From: the human T2T-CHM13v2.0 reference genome, Homo sapiens
Length of the DNA stretch: 64,000 bases
Strand: one strand, 5' to 3'
Assembly (NCBI RefSeq): GCF_009914755.1
Contig: NC_060938.1
Shown: one piece after another, positions 43,105-58,177 of the stretch
How positions within the stretch are numbered: position 1 is the stretch's first letter
How the letters are laid out: every line of letters starts with the position of its first letter
Notes under the pieces: generated by a model
What the model was told of the DNA's origin: nothing
Seen by the model: the letters and a program-made list of their open reading frames with translations, nothing else
The model's database searches: none
Position numbers and translations under genes: made by a program

Positions 43105-44031
43105 CTTGTCTGGACATTCTTAAGCATGCTGTCCATGAGTTTTTTTTTTCCTGAGAAAAGATCATTGAAGACCAAAACTTTGTCAAAATCGGAGTTTTAT
43201 CACATTCTTACATTGCAAAATAAGGCACTTTTCATTGAAAAGGATTTTAATACCTTCCATGGAAAACATTCTTGAAAATCCAAGGCAATTTCATAGTTTC
43301 ACCTTTTCAAATGTTGACTTTAAATGAATTATGCCCAACCTTTATTGTAAGGATTATATCTTATCTATCTTTATATTCTCTACAGCCCCTAGCACAGAGC
43401 AAAATGTCTAGAAAGTTGGAAGGTAGTATATTTAAAATGCCTCTCTATTTTCCCACTTAAATCCTTAGTGAGAATTACTTCACTTCTCTTTGTCCTTTGC
43501 TTTTCTCTTCCATGTGATTGTGACTAATGATCAAAGGAAACCCTTAGAATTGTTGAGACATTTGGAATACAAAATTTCTCACTAATTAAAAATTGGATCA
43601 CTGGACCAGAACCTATTAATTTTGGCTTTCATTTGTTGAACTCTTTCTGTGTGGTAAATATTTGTCAGATTCTTTGAGTACAGAGATGAGTTTGACAGCC
43701 TCTACTGTTAAGGACCTGAAATCTAGTAGATGAGACAGATGTCCTGTATGTTTAGGTGCAGTAATGGATATATTTTAAAAGTGTTGAAGAAATACATATA
43801 CTCTTGATGTTTCTTATTAGCAATATGTAGAAGGATATGAGTATCACAGATGAAGTAAGTTTAATCACAAAGTAATTAGATTTTTAAAAAGCTAAATTTT
43901 ATGTTTTCATATGGATGTTACAAGTCCATGGAATAATATTCCAAGGTAATACAGTGAAGCTAAACTATATAAATTTTATTCAGATTTCACCTGTTTTTCT
44001 GTTCCTGTCCTTTTTGTTTTCCAGGATCTAA

Positions 44032-44462
<431 letters not shown>

Positions 44463-44656
44463 TAATAATGGACTTTAAGTTGTTTCCAATCTTTTGATAT
44501 TATTAACAGTGCTACAGTGGCTATCCTTGAGCTTGCAAGTATGCAGTTTATATGGAGGCATTTTTGGGTGGAAGAATATATTCGTATCTTTATTGCTAAA
44601 CTGCCCTGCTTAAACATTGTATACATTTACACTCCTCTCAGCAATGTATGTGTTTT

Positions 44657-45448
44657 TCTTTTTTCTTTTTTTTTAAATTATACTTTAAGTTCTAGGGTAC
44701 ATGTGCACAACATGCAGGTTTGTTACATATATATACATGCGCCATGTTGGTGTGCTGCACCCATTAATTCATCATTTACATTAGGTATATCTCCTAATGC
44801 TATCCCTCCTCCCTTCCCCCACCCCACGACAGGCCCCGGTGTGTGATGTTCCCCTTCCTGTGTCCAAGTGTTCTCATTGTTCAATTCCCACCTATGAGTG
44901 AGAACATGCGGTGTTTGGTTTTTTGTCCTTGTGATAGGTTGCTGAGAATGATGGTTTCCAGCTTCATCCATGTCCCTACAAAGGACATGAACTCATCCTT
45001 TTTTATGGCTGCATAGTATTCCATGATGTATATGTGCCACATTTTCTTAATCCAGTCTATCATTGATGGACATTTGGGTGGGTTCCAAGTCTTTGCTATT
45101 GTGGATAGTGCCGCAATAAACATACGTGTGCATGTGTCTTTATAGCAACATGATTTATAGTCCTTTGGGTATATACCCAGTAATGGGATGGCTGGGTCAA
45201 ATGGTATTTCTAGTTCTAGATCCTTGAGGAATCGCCATGCTGTCCTCCACAATGGTTGAACTAGTTTACAGTCCCACCAACAGTGAGAAAGTATTCCTAT
45301 TTCTCCACATCCTCTCCAGCACCTGTTGTTGCCTAACTTTTTAATGGTCACCATTCTAACTGGTGTGAGATGGTATCTCATTGTGGTTTTGATTTGCATT
45401 TCTCTGATGGCCAGTGATGATGAGCATTTTTTCATGTGTCTGTTGGCT
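44657..45448 (-). mobile_element. L1PA (PA4-like) 3' end, 5'-truncated; keeps an open C-terminal ORF2p frame
   Basis: Primate L1 3' UTR 'ttatactttaagttctagggtacatgtgcacaac'; ORF 44881-45435 is the ORF2p C-terminus ([13 protein letters not shown]...[10 protein letters not shown]); perfect 19-bp TSD tcagcaatgtatgtgtttt (44638-44656, 45449-45467). Confidence 0.95.
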
Positions 45449-46247
45449 TCAGCAATGTATGTGTTTTACCTCCCCCTTGCAGGTAGCGTGTGATTTAACA
45501 ATTCAATTTTGCAAATTTCATAGGTGAAAAAATGGAATTTTATCACTATTTTTCTGTGCATTTCTCTTGTTATAAGTGAGGTTGAACATACTATCGTGTG
45601 CTTAAGAACAATTTCCCTTTCTGTGAATTGACTCTGCCAATTTATCTATGGAAATAATGTTTTTATATAAAAAGGAAATTAGCACTTTGTGATAGGGGCT
45701 GCTAGTTTTTTCCAGTGGGTTTGTATTTTGTCATTTATGGTAATTTTTGCTATATATGAATTTATTTTTGGATCATCAGGTTTATTACTATTCTACTTCA
45801 TGGTTTTGGAATTTTATGTCTTACTTAGGTCTTAGGCTCTTCAAGATTATGAAAAAATATCTTGCTTTTAATACTTTGTGGGGTTTTATGTTTAAGACTT
45901 TAAATCAATTTGGGATTTATTTTAATGTGAGTTGGTATCCCATCCTCTTTTCCATGTGGCTGTATAGTTGTGCCAGCACCATTTATTGAACAATTTATCT
46001 TTTCCACACTGATGTCACATTTTATCTTATCAAATTCCTGAAGTCTTTTTAGAATGTTTGTTGTATCCATTGATTTGATGGCTTGTTCATGAACCAGTTT
46101 TAGACCTTTTAAATTATTATATATTTATAACATATTTTATACTATCTGGCAAATATTAAAGCTGGTCCCCCTTATTACTCTTCTTTTTTATAATTGCCCT
46201 CATTGTTCTTGTTTATTTTCCATATAAACTACAGACATACCTTCTGA

Positions 46248-46551
<304 letters not shown>

Positions 46552-46714
46552 AGCTTTTGAATTTCTAAAAGAATATCCTGATAATCTTATTGGGATTGCG
46601 TTAAATTTACTTATTAATTTAAAATTTTTAAAGCATTGATCCTCTAAGAATTTGTTTTGTGTAGCTCAAATATTTCTCATCTGCTTTTAAAAAAAAGTTG
46701 ATTTTACAAAATTT

Positions 46715-46840
46715 GCTGGGAGTGGTAGGGGCGGCTCATGCCTGTAATCTTAGCACTTTTGGAGGCCGAGGCAGGAGGATTGCTTGAGCCCAGGAGTTCA
46801 AAACCAGCCTGGGCGATAGTGAGACCCTGTCTCTTAGAAA
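46715..46840 (+). mobile_element. FLAM_C / Alu left monomer
   Basis: Single arm 'ggaggattgcttgagcccaggagttc...gagaccctgtctct'. Confidence 0.85.
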
Positions 46841-46860
46841 CTACATATATATTTTACAAA

Positions 46861-47149
46861 TTTATTTTTCTTTGAGGCAGAGTCTCGTTCTGTCACCCAG
46901 GCTGGAGTCCAGTAGCATGATCTCGACTTGTTGCAACCTCTGCCTCTGTGGTTCGAGGTATTTCGGGGTGCCTCAGCCACTTAAGTAGCTAGGATTACAG
47001 GTGTGTTTCACTTCACTTAGCAAATTTTTGTATTTTTGGTAGTTTCACCATGTTGGCCAGGCTGGTCTCGAACTCCTAGCCTCAAGTGATCTGCCCGCCT
47101 GGACTTCCCAAAGTGCTGGGATTCCAGGCGTAAGACACCGCGCCTGGCT
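46861..47149 (-). mobile_element. AluS
   Basis: Diverged dimer ending cgcctggct. Confidence 0.88.
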
Positions 47150-47627
47150 TATTGTACAAGCATTTCATTACTGATACTACAGAGAGCAGTTACTCATCAT
47201 ACTACCTCTATCACAACAAACATTTCTGTTTTCCCTTTACTTTTAGTGATGCTGAATCATATTTTAGGGCCTTTATTATTATATATTCTGTAATTAGCAA
47301 GGCATCATGCATACAGTAGGTAAAAGTTTAGAGAGCTTGTCCATACCACTGTGGGATCCTCAATAGGAAGTAATTTGGAAGTATCTATTGAAATTTAAAA
47401 TATACACAGGCATGTACCGTAACTCTTTAGTTGTTTACTCAGCATCTATCCTAAAGAAAACATGGGCCGTGACTCACATACTGTTTTTTTCAGTACCTTC
47501 TGTCACCCTTGTTATCTCCTTACATTTTAGCCATTAAATTCTGTTAAAGAAGATGTGAAACCTTTTAGAAGTGGTTCATAGCCCATGCTGTGCACTTTTA
47601 ATTTGATTCTCTACCTTACTTTTTAGT

Positions 47628-47656
47628 TAAACAAAACAAAACAAAACAAAACAAAA
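47628..47656. repeat. (AAAAC)n
   Basis: Direct reading. Confidence 0.9.
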
Positions 47657-49519
47657 CTCGTCACCATAGTAATTCTTTAGATGTTAGAATCAGCTAGGTA
47701 TGCTTTTTTTTCTCTCAAACTTCTTTAATCATCACCCACATTTCACCCCAGTTCCGATAATTCCCTCTTTCCCTGTTGAAAATCACCATAATGAGCCTTG
47801 GCCCCCGATTGCACGTCCTTGATGAGTGTGTTGGGGACAGAAGTACTCTCAATCCCCTGTGGCCTTCCTGCTCTTGTTCCCACTCCTGACCAGCCCACAT
47901 AATGAATCCTGTTCTCAAAGCAAAGATCATCTCCACCCACATCAGCAGCACCTTTTGTTCTTCGTTCCTTTTTCATCCTTATTCCCAGATCTCAAAATAT
48001 CGCTCCCAATATCTTTGCAGTCTTTACTTTCATTCCAGAGGATTCAACAGTATACATTTATGCGCATGTGGTAAAAGGACCACGGTTGCTTTGGTACCAA
48101 ACAGACATGAACAAAAATTGCACCAGAAAACAGAAAAATTGTTTGTGCAGAATTCTAGAAAAAAATCCTCTTGCCTGTCTCCACATCAGGTTGAAGGGGA
48201 AGAGGAGAGGGCCATCTGGGAATCTGGGAATTAAGGAAGTAAGGAGGTAGAATTGGAATGTTTAAGCCACCAAGTAACTATTAGATTGGTGCCTGGGTTT
48301 TGGGTCATGCTCTCATGTGCTTCTGCCTGCAGCTTACTTGCCTCCCTCTTGGGCTGGTTGGAAAGCCGTGGGCTGGTTACTATGGGAATTGATGGGTGCT
48401 GCTGGCAGTGAGAGAAGGAAAGTACTTGGAATTGATACAGAAATACTAGGAGAGCAGGTTTTTTTTTTGCCCTCTGCTTTCCTGCTTACTGTTTTTTGAT
48501 TTGATTTAACTAATGTGGTTTTAGCTGAAGAGAGCCTTTCCAAGAGCTCACCTGTGGTACCCTGAGGAGGAGTTGAGCTGTCATCACTCTAACCCAGGAA
48601 GACCTCATGGAGAGGAGGGCAACACAAAGGATGGCTAGTTTCTCAGATGAATTTCTGTTTCAGCAACTGGCTTCTCAGGCTTCATTGAACTCAAAATTAA
48701 ACCCAAGCCTCTTTTTATACTGTTAAGAAATGTGCTGCAGACAGGAGGGGGAAAGTCAGTATTTAATTCTCTCTTCTTCACTACCGTCTTCTTCACTACC
48801 ACTCCTCTCCCTCTTCTTCACTGCCACCACCCCTTGCAAGGAAAAGGTAGGTGGAGCATTCTGTGTTTGTCATAAATTTAATGATTCTGAAATGTTGGAA
48901 ATAGAAAACAGATGTTTTAATGGGGTGATACCCACATTGGAAAGCATCAAGGTCAAAATATATTTTATGAGTCAACTTTAATTTGATTAATAACTTAAAA
49001 CCCTCTACCATAGTATATGCTACTTTATTTTCATAACTACTCATGAGTATGGAATGGAAAACATTAATTTATCTTTCTAAGAAAAGTATTTGGCTGGAGG
49101 AGAAAAGAATATTAAAGTGTCATGGACATTATAAAATTTGGTAGCACAGTCTTTTTTCCCCTACATTTTTAGTTTCAGTTCACTGTTTCTGTTGTTTCTA
49201 AATATTTTACCACTAATGAAAACCTTATTTAGGTAAAACGTTTTCTTTTGATTTAAAAGATTTTTGTTGAATTCCTTGCCCAGATGTGAGAGAAGTGTCT
49301 ACATCTATTCAAACTTTAACTTTGGGTCTTAGAGGTGATGAATCACTTGGCAGAACAACCATGAGATGTTGAATAATCTCATGATTTGGTTGACTTATTT
49401 TTAGAAGCCACTCCCTATTAACTCATTTAATTCCTGTTATACGGGAAGAGGGACAGGGAAAGGATTGGAAGAAGAGGTCAGTCATATACAGGCCTTGCCC
49501 TCCTAAAGCTTCTGAACTT

Positions 49520-49806
49520 ATTTTTTGTTTGTTTTTTGAGACAGAGTCTTACTGTGTTGCCTAAGCTGGAGTGGCGCCATCTCAGCTTACTGCAACCTCT
49601 GCCTCCCAGGTTGAAGCAATTTTCATGCCTCAGTCTCCTGAGTAGCTGGGACTACAGGCGTGCATCACCATTCCTGGCTGATTTTTTTCTATTTTAGTAG
49701 AGATGGGGTTTCACCATGTTGCCCAGGCTGGTCTTGAACTCCTGAGCTCAGGCAGTCTGCCTGTCTCCACCTCCCAAAGTGCTAGGATTACAGGCATGAG
49801 CCACTG
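49520..49806 (-). mobile_element. Alu (old, Jb/Sz-like)
   Basis: 18-bp TSD cctaaagcttctgaactt/cctaaagcttctaaactt. Confidence 0.9.
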
Positions 49807-49859
49807 CCTAAAGCTTCTAAACTTGTAGCATAAGTAAGATGATTAAAAAAATAAAATAT

Positions 49860-50182
49860 GTCTAGGTACAGTGGCTCATGCTTGTAATCTCAGCATTTTG
49901 GGCAGCCGAGGCAGGCCGACTACTTGAGTCTAGGAGTTTGTGACCAGTCTGGGCAACATGGTGTTACCCCGTCTACAAAAAATACAAAAACTAACTGACC
50001 ATGGGTGGGTGCCTGTAGTCCCAGCTACTCAGGAGGCTGAGCGGGGAGGATAGCTTGAGCCTGGGAGGTCGAGGCTGCAGTGAGCTGAGATCACACCACT
50101 GCACTTCAGCTTGGGTGACAGTGAGAACCCATCTCAAAAAAAAAAAAAAAAAAAAAAAAAGGAAAAGTAAAGAAAAAGAAAA
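49860..50182 (+). mobile_element. AluJ
   Basis: J-type dimer with long A tail. Confidence 0.88.
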
Positions 50183-51377
50183 ATCTGAAGTGAAGAGTAT
50201 ATTCAGATAAGAAAGAATAGTTCAGTTTCCCTGGAGTGGTGTATATGGGGAGTGGTGTACAGAGAAATGGATTTGAAAATTTAGGTTGGAATTGACTTGT
50301 CTAGGACTTGGAGTGCCTAATCAAAGAATTTTTACCCTTTTAATGTAGGTATTGAGAAACCATTGATGGTTTTGGGGTAGGTGAAGGTGCGTGATACCTC
50401 TTTTTTCATACTGAACTTGAATTTTGTCTTTAGCTGTATCTTTGCATAAAACTGAAATTGTTTCTAAGTTCTTTAAAAGATATCACTAAGGAAAGTTAAG
50501 ATTCAGTGTAAAAAAACAAATTTCAGACTTACTATTTGGGAAAGATCATTAAATCTAGTTGTTTGTTTAATGGATTATAATTCTGATGGTATAAATTTTC
50601 AGCATCTTGTTACCTTGGTGAGTTCATGGCTTTGAGGTGACTGGAAACATGGTGTTGTCTGTTTGAATAGTGGAATTTCTGCAACTTATTTTACATACAC
50701 AGCCTCTTAAGTCTGCCACTGATGGAGGTTATTTATGGATCTGTTTCTGATCCAAAGTCTTGCAGAGGGAGATTTTCCCTTGGAGCATAGGCTGGCCAAA
50801 ATATTTAGATGGGATCTGGTGTGGCCTTCCCTAGGCTGGCTTCCATAGTCCCAGAAAAGAGCCAGCTTCCTAGTGGCCTCTGTCCTTGTATTGCTGCCCA
50901 GAAGTTCCCAAAGGATCTTGGGTTGAACCTTTAGCCATCTAGATTATTTATAAAAACATAGCCATCATACTGCTATTTGGAAAGGGTTATACTTTTATGC
51001 TTCTTTTGAGCTTAAAGTGGTGGCATGGAGGGACATAGTCTCTAAGATTCCTGCATTCAGGTACCATGTCTGTCATGCTCATTATTGCCTCTCCATGGCA
51101 GAGTATAGTGCTTGGGACATGTAAGTACTAAATAAATGCTTGTTGAATGAACGTTGGATAAATCTCGGGTAATTGTTCGTATACAGTAACTACTATAGTG
51201 GATGGAAAGACTGGCTAAGTTTTTGATTAACACTCCTTTCTCTTAGTTCCGTAGGTTTTAGTTAGTGATAAAGATTAAAACTTTTTTTGATATGTTGCTT
51301 TAAAATGTTAGTAACACTTTAAAGTCCTTTTTAGATAATAAAATAACCATGTAGATCAGGAGTAACTTAAAATGTAT

Positions 51378-51688
51378 GGCCAGGTGTGGTGGCTCCTGCC
51401 TGTAGTCCCAGCACTTTGGGAGGCCAAGGCAGGCAGATAACCTGAGGTCAGGAGTTCGAGACTAGCCTGGTCAGCAGGGTGAAACCTCGTCTTCACTAAA
51501 AATACAAAAAATTAGGTAGGCATGGTGGTGCATACCTGTAGTCCCAGCTACTTAGGAGGCTGAGGCAGGGGAATGGCTTGAACCTGGGAGGCTGGGGTTG
51601 CAGTGAGCTGAGATCGCGTCACTGTACTCCAGCCTGGATGACAGAGCAAGACTCTGTCTCAAAAAAAAAAAAAAAAAAAAAAAAAAAG
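51378..51688 (+). mobile_element. AluS
   Basis: TSD agtaacttaaaatgta/agtaacttaaactgta. Confidence 0.92.
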
Positions 51689-52133
51689 AAGTAACTTAAA
51701 CTGTAAAATCTTGCGGGCTAATTAAAAAAATTCAGAACATATAGTATTGACATTCTCTTCCTTTTGCATTAGAAAGGGTCAGTATCCTAAATTATTTAAT
51801 AATGTATGTCTTTTCCAGCCAAGATTTCATTTACTTGATTCAAAGCCCAGAGTATAGATGGAAGCATAAGAAGGTTTGCCAAAGCATGGAAGAGTAATGA
51901 GATTTTTCCCCTGGCAACTTGGAATTTATTTTTTTAAATTATAGTAATTAACATGAAAAATGTTATTTTGTTAACATCTAATGAAGAGAAAGTTGAAATA
52001 AATGGAGAAATGTCTATAAATTTTTTTCTTTGTGTTGTACTTTTTTTCTTTTGTCTATAAATATTAAGTTTTTTCTGATAGGGCAAAATAGGAAAATAGG
52101 AGAAAACAGTGATTGTTTAAAGATTTGATGATT

Positions 52134-52440
<307 letters not shown>

Positions 52441-55321
52441 AAAGATTTGATAATCATAAAAGAGCCTATGTTTTTGTGACGTCTTACATTTTCTTAAGGA
52501 TAATGTATGGCATGTTGCACATTGAGATGGTTATTGGAATATCATTTAGAAACCTCTGGACATAATTCATGTTGGAACCAGTTTACAGTATTAGTTAGGG
52601 AGGTAAACTTTGTGCTTACAGTGCCTGTGTTCAAAATGTCCTGAGATTCGGTTTTTATTCTGTAAGAAATCTCAGTGTTACTCTGTCTGAAAATATTTAG
52701 CCTTTCAGAATTCCATTTTATAATTTTGTAGTCCAGTATCTAGTGTGAAGGAGGTAATTGTTGCATCATACACAAGACTTTAGTGATATTCTAGGTACTT
52801 GTCTGTTGCTGATCATATTTTTTATAAAAGTAATTTTTGGGGCTAATCAATACACGAATTCTGGAAACTGGTAATATTTAATCATTGATAAAGAATTTTA
52901 TCTTTTTGTGCTTGTTTGTATTTATAGTTCCTTGTAATCCTTTTTATGGGCTTTTGAATAAATATAAAATGAAATTGGTTTTCAAATGGAAGCCACTTAT
53001 CAAGTTGAAGCAGAGATGTTGCCAGTATTTAATGTACTTGAGATGACATGCAATAAGACCTTTGGAAAACCAACAAGTGTGCTTCCAGGAGCCCTTCCCT
53101 AATAATCTCTGCCTTGATGGAATTATTTTTCATGATGGTAATGAGCTTGTGTTATGCTAAGCGGGTTAAGCAGAATAATTTCTACTCTGTAGAATTTAGA
53201 CTTTTAAAACCCAGACTTACAGTATTAGATGGCATACACATATATCTGCAACCATAGTTGCAACAACACTTTTCTGAGAAATAAAGGAAATCACTAGGGA
53301 CAACTTCTGTTACAGAGGTGCCACACTGTCCCCCACTGGGGACCCACTGTCATCCTCTTGCTGCAAATAACTTGCATAGGAATCCCCCTCTCCACAGGTC
53401 TGTGGAGTACATTCCTTGGCACCTGCCTAGGTAGAAGGGAGAAGAGCCTAGAGTCACACATGTTGTATCTTGGACCCATAGGAGATAAATAGTATGTGAA
53501 GTCCAGACAATCTTGTTTTTCTTCATTTATTAGTTTCTGTCCAGGCAATCCTATCACAGCCACTAAAGCAAAGCAGAACAAAAACATTTGTGAAGGTTAG
53601 ATGTCAGCGGTGTTAGGATGTTCCATGTCTTATGTTCAGTTACCCTGAAGTCTAGTTTCTGCATATACCTAGCAAGTACATTAGCCAATTCACGTTCTCG
53701 AAAGTAATACCGATTGTTGCCTCTTAGGTGCTCAGAGCGTTTACAAATAGCACGGAGCTACAGCCCTTCCCACCTCTCTGTGAACACAAAGAATGATTTC
53801 ATTTACTTCAATGAGAACACTATAAAATTCTCAATCAAATTAGCATTCACTCTCAAAAAATAAAAGTATTCCATTCAGTACTTTTTTGGGGGGTTATAGG
53901 ATAGCGTTTTGAAATCAGAGCAACTTCAGAAGAAGGTAAAAAGTTCCCAGACTCTCCTAATTCATGGTTCTCAGAATAGGGAATGAATATCCACCGAATT
54001 TTTCAATGCCTGAGACCATTTCCTATCTACAGTTCCCAGATTGGCATTTCTTTTGCTCATCCTGGGAGCTTGGTTGTGGTTTACTTTTTTGTAAAGACAG
54101 TAAGTGTTCTCAGTGTGACTGTGAAAAGCAAGACTGACCTCTTTCCCTTTGGTCCCTGGAGAATGGTGTCATGAGGTGTTTTTGAGCCAGGCCCAGGTAG
54201 GTGTCTGCTGCTCCCTCTTATTGGCACTGAGAGAACATAGTTGGACCCTTTAGACTTTCTACCTGCATACTGTTGAGTTGGAGTTTTTGTATTATGTGAA
54301 GGAGTCACAAAGGATACTCTCAGCTTTGGAATGTTATAAAGAAGCTGATGAAGTGCTCTTTGCCACTAAAGCCTGTATAGGGAGCTACTAGCTAGTGCTT
54401 GTTCTGTGCCTAGAAGAGACAGTTCCTAAACATGGGAAGATACCTCCACCCCAGGACCAGGTGGTTCCAGGTGGTTCTAGGCTGAGCAAAAGCTAACAGA
54501 TACCACATTTAAGTATAAAATATTTGTGATATGAACTTTAGAAGCATTTTATTTGGAGAAAGAAAACATGTTCATATGAAATAATTATAGTTAGTGGAAG
54601 ACAACATGCAATCTAATTGCTTCATTGACAGTTTCTACTTATCCTGGCGTAAGAAAAAATCCATTTATTAAGCTGAAAATCTTCTGATGTCATAGAAAGA
54701 AGGAAAACTTTGTTCTTTCAAAATTGTGACCTCCTGTATATTTCCTGATATGTAGAGAACTCTCAATTGTCTGAGGCCTTGGTGAGAGAGTAGGATTAGA
54801 ATCAGAATTCACTTTTTTTGTCTTAAGATGAGAGAAGTTATCAGCTGGAGCTGAAATTTAATCTTGTTTAGCTACACTGATCACTGTTTCTTTCTCGGGA
54901 ATTTTATTTTAAAATAAAGTCTAAGTTTTTTTTTTTAATTCTTGTATCTAGAAACAAAGTCTGATTTTAGCCTGGCAGAATTTGTCTGTACTAATTTTAG
55001 TTTTTAGATGTGCATGGGAAGAGAGACTGGATAATCTCTCTCAAATCGGTTGTACTGGTGGTTCACTTAAGTGCATATGTACTATATGGAGTCATGCATT
55101 TGATATTAATATTACACAATTATCTCTCAAATGTAAAACACTCTCAGTGTAAATATTTCCAACATTTGTTGATTGTAACATTTGGATGACAAATATTTCT
55201 TACTCGAATTACTACTTTTGCAAAATACATCTTCTCTTTCAGTTATTGTAGTTGTACCAAAGTAAGTAATTTAGATATTAGGTAACTTAACAGAATTGTT
55301 AATTGAAACCACATTGTTATG

Positions 55322-55636
55322 TTTATTTTATTATTTATTTATTTTATTTTTATGGAGACAGAGCCTTGCTCTGTTGCTCAGGTTGGAGTGCAGTGGCCCA
55401 GTCATAGCTCACTGTAGCCATGACCTCCTTGGGCTGGAGTGCTCTTTCGTCTCAGCCTCCTGAGTAGCTGGGTCTACAGGCATTTGCCACCATGCCCAAC
55501 TAATTTTGTTATTTTTGTAGAAGATGGAATCTCACTGTGTTGCCCAGGCTGATCTTGGACTTCTGGGCTAAAGTGATCCTCCCACTTTGGCCTCATAAAG
55601 TATTGGGATTACAGGCATGAGACACCATGCCTGGCT
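55322..55636 (-). mobile_element. AluJ with (TTTA)n tail
   Basis: J-type dimer. Confidence 0.88.
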
Positions 55637-55907
55637 CACACTTTTTGTTTATTTTAAAGGAATTGTTTTTTGCCAACTAAGTAAGTAAAAGAAGCTGATT
55701 TTAGCTAATTCAGAAAATAGGAATCAAAAAAGAAACCATGCTCATTTGGGTTTCTAATATTTTTTTCTTATATTTCTTTTACTCTTTTTCTATGCATATG
55801 TATTTTCTAAAACAAAATTGGAATTCTATTGTATGTATGTTTTGTATTCTGCTTTTTATGTTTAGCATACCTTTTGAATTTTTTATCTTATTTAAATAAT
55901 TTTTAGA

Positions 55908-56076
55908 GGCTGGATATGGTGGCTCACACCTGTAATCCCAGCTCTTTGTGAGGCTGAGGCAGGAGGATCGCTTGAGCCCAGGAGTTCCAGGCTGCAGCTG
56001 AGTTATGATCATGCCACTGCACTTCAGCTTGGGCGACAGAGCGAGACACTGTCTCTAAAAATATAAAGAAAGAAAG
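55908..56076 (+). mobile_element. FRAM-like free right Alu monomer
   Basis: Single monomer containing the right-arm insert (ggctgcagctgagttatgatcatgccactgcac) and an A-rich tail. Confidence 0.8.
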
Positions 56077-56353
56077 AATTTACTATTTCATCTTGTTATA
56101 TATTTGTGTAATCACTTGTTACAAATCAGTCTTCAGTGTTTTTTTGTGTGTGTGCATTTTTATATAAATGCTTGATTGTTTTCTTAGGATAATTATCTAG
56201 GATAAGAATTATTAGGTCAGAGTGTCTGAATGACTTTTTCTGTTGCAGTCCCAAATTCTCCTTCTGAAACAGTAAGGGGTGAAACTCTTGCCTTTTCTTC
56301 ATCTCTCCTTGACAAACCATATTTGAAAATACATTTCCAATTGAGTTAAGTAG

Positions 56354-56702
<349 letters not shown>

Positions 56703-57051
56703 TCTGTTAGCTTTTATGTTAGTATTGTAGTGAAAGGAAAATTTGTAGGATATAATAAAGAACAAAGCTTGAAAATAACTTTATTCAAATGTTCATAGCC
56801 TAAATAAGAGGCAGTTTAGATCTACTCAGCTGGATTTGCTGTGGGACCCCTAACAAGCCTATGGTGCTATGGTGTACTTGGGTTTCACAGCTCACTTTAG
56901 GGTTGCCTTTTAAAATTGATGGCAGATGCTTCCTAAGAGTTCTGATTATTCTGCCAGTGCAAAATTATGGGGATGCTATTTGGTGTCACTAGGTAGTGGA
57001 TACTTTACTATGGTTTACTTAATCTGATTTTTTAAAAGCATGTACTGTGGA

Positions 57052-57357
57052 TTTTTTTTTTTTTTTTTTTGAGACAGGGTCTCACTCTGTTGCCCAGGCT
57101 GGAGTGCAGTGGCATGATCTCTGCTGACTGCAGCCTCTGTCTTCTGTGCTTAAGTGATTTTTGTGCCTCAGGCTCCTAAGTAGCTGGGACTACAGGTGTG
57201 TGCCACCACACCTGGCTAATTTTTTTTGTATTTTTTTAGTAGAGACGGGATTTTACCATGTTGCTCAGGCTGGTCTCGAACTCCTGAGCTCTGGCAATCC
57301 GCCTGCCTCTGCCTCCCAAAATGCTAGGATTACAGGTGTGAGCCACCATGCCTGGCC
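57052..57357 (-). mobile_element. Alu (Jb/Sz-like)
   Basis: TSD tactgtggattttt/tactattgattttt. Confidence 0.9.
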
Positions 57358-57529
57358 TACTATTGATTTTTTTGTTAGAGTGGTATCCAGAATATTCATT
57401 TAATGTGCATAGTTATTTGACTAATGGCTCATTGTGAAAGTTCATGGTATTCCAAGGTTTGTTGAGCCCCTCTGGTCAGTGACAATGCAAGACATTTAGC
57501 TTTCTGTTCTGTGGCCAGAGATATTTTCT

Positions 57530-57965
57530 TGTGGCTTCCAGAACAGTCCTGTGAGGAGGGTGATGGAGCAAGTGGATGTCATCTCCGTTTTGTAGATGAG
57601 GAAACTGAAGGAACTTGTCTAATGCCCCTTGGCTATTACATGGCAGCTGCCATTCTTCTTTCTCTTAGTTCTCTTTCCTTTATTTTGCACTTTTTTTTCC
57701 TACGCTTCCATCGCTTTCTTGGTTGTCTTTCTGGTAGCAATAACATCATCCACACCAATGATTATAGTAATAACTGACCTTTATTGATCAATCAGTTGCC
57801 ATGTGCCACAGAGTTTCCTAAGTGCTCTAATGTATTGACCTTCACCTCAGTCCTATGGAGTAGGTATTATCCTCTTTTTAGAGCTGAAGAAACTGAGGCC
57901 CAGAGAGGTTAAGCAACTTGCCCAAGGTTTATGGGGCTAGTTGTGTTCCCAGGCATCTAACTCTA
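57530..57965 (-). mobile_element. Two MIR copies
   Basis: 'ttttgtagatgaggaaactgaagg' and 'gaaactgaggcccagagaggttaagcaacttgcccaagg'. Confidence 0.8.
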
Positions 57966-58177
57966 GCCACTGGAATTCTATATTCTGAAAACCGTTTGAC
58001 ATTTATAACAAGTATAACATGAATTTTCAAGTTGGAATAAAGAAGACATTTCTGAAATGGGCTGAAATAAGTGGAATTGGGGAAAGCTGAAGATGTTTTG
58101 CATTAATGTGTTATGTTTCCCTTGAACTGTAGCCAAGAGACTCTTCATAACAGCCTGCATTTCAAGTCTAATTGTAA

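Noticed and set aside
44881-45435. Longest ORF (184 aa) as a cellular gene
   Set aside because: It is the C-terminus of L1 ORF2p within a 5'-truncated, TSD-flanked L1PA with no promoter; an open frame of this length is unremarkable in a young L1.
48772-48825. Three copies of tcttcttcact(a/g)cc; similar short duplications near 1190-1235, 3840-3862, 6860-6920 and 54457-54481
   Set aside because: Ordinary slippage duplications with no sign of function.
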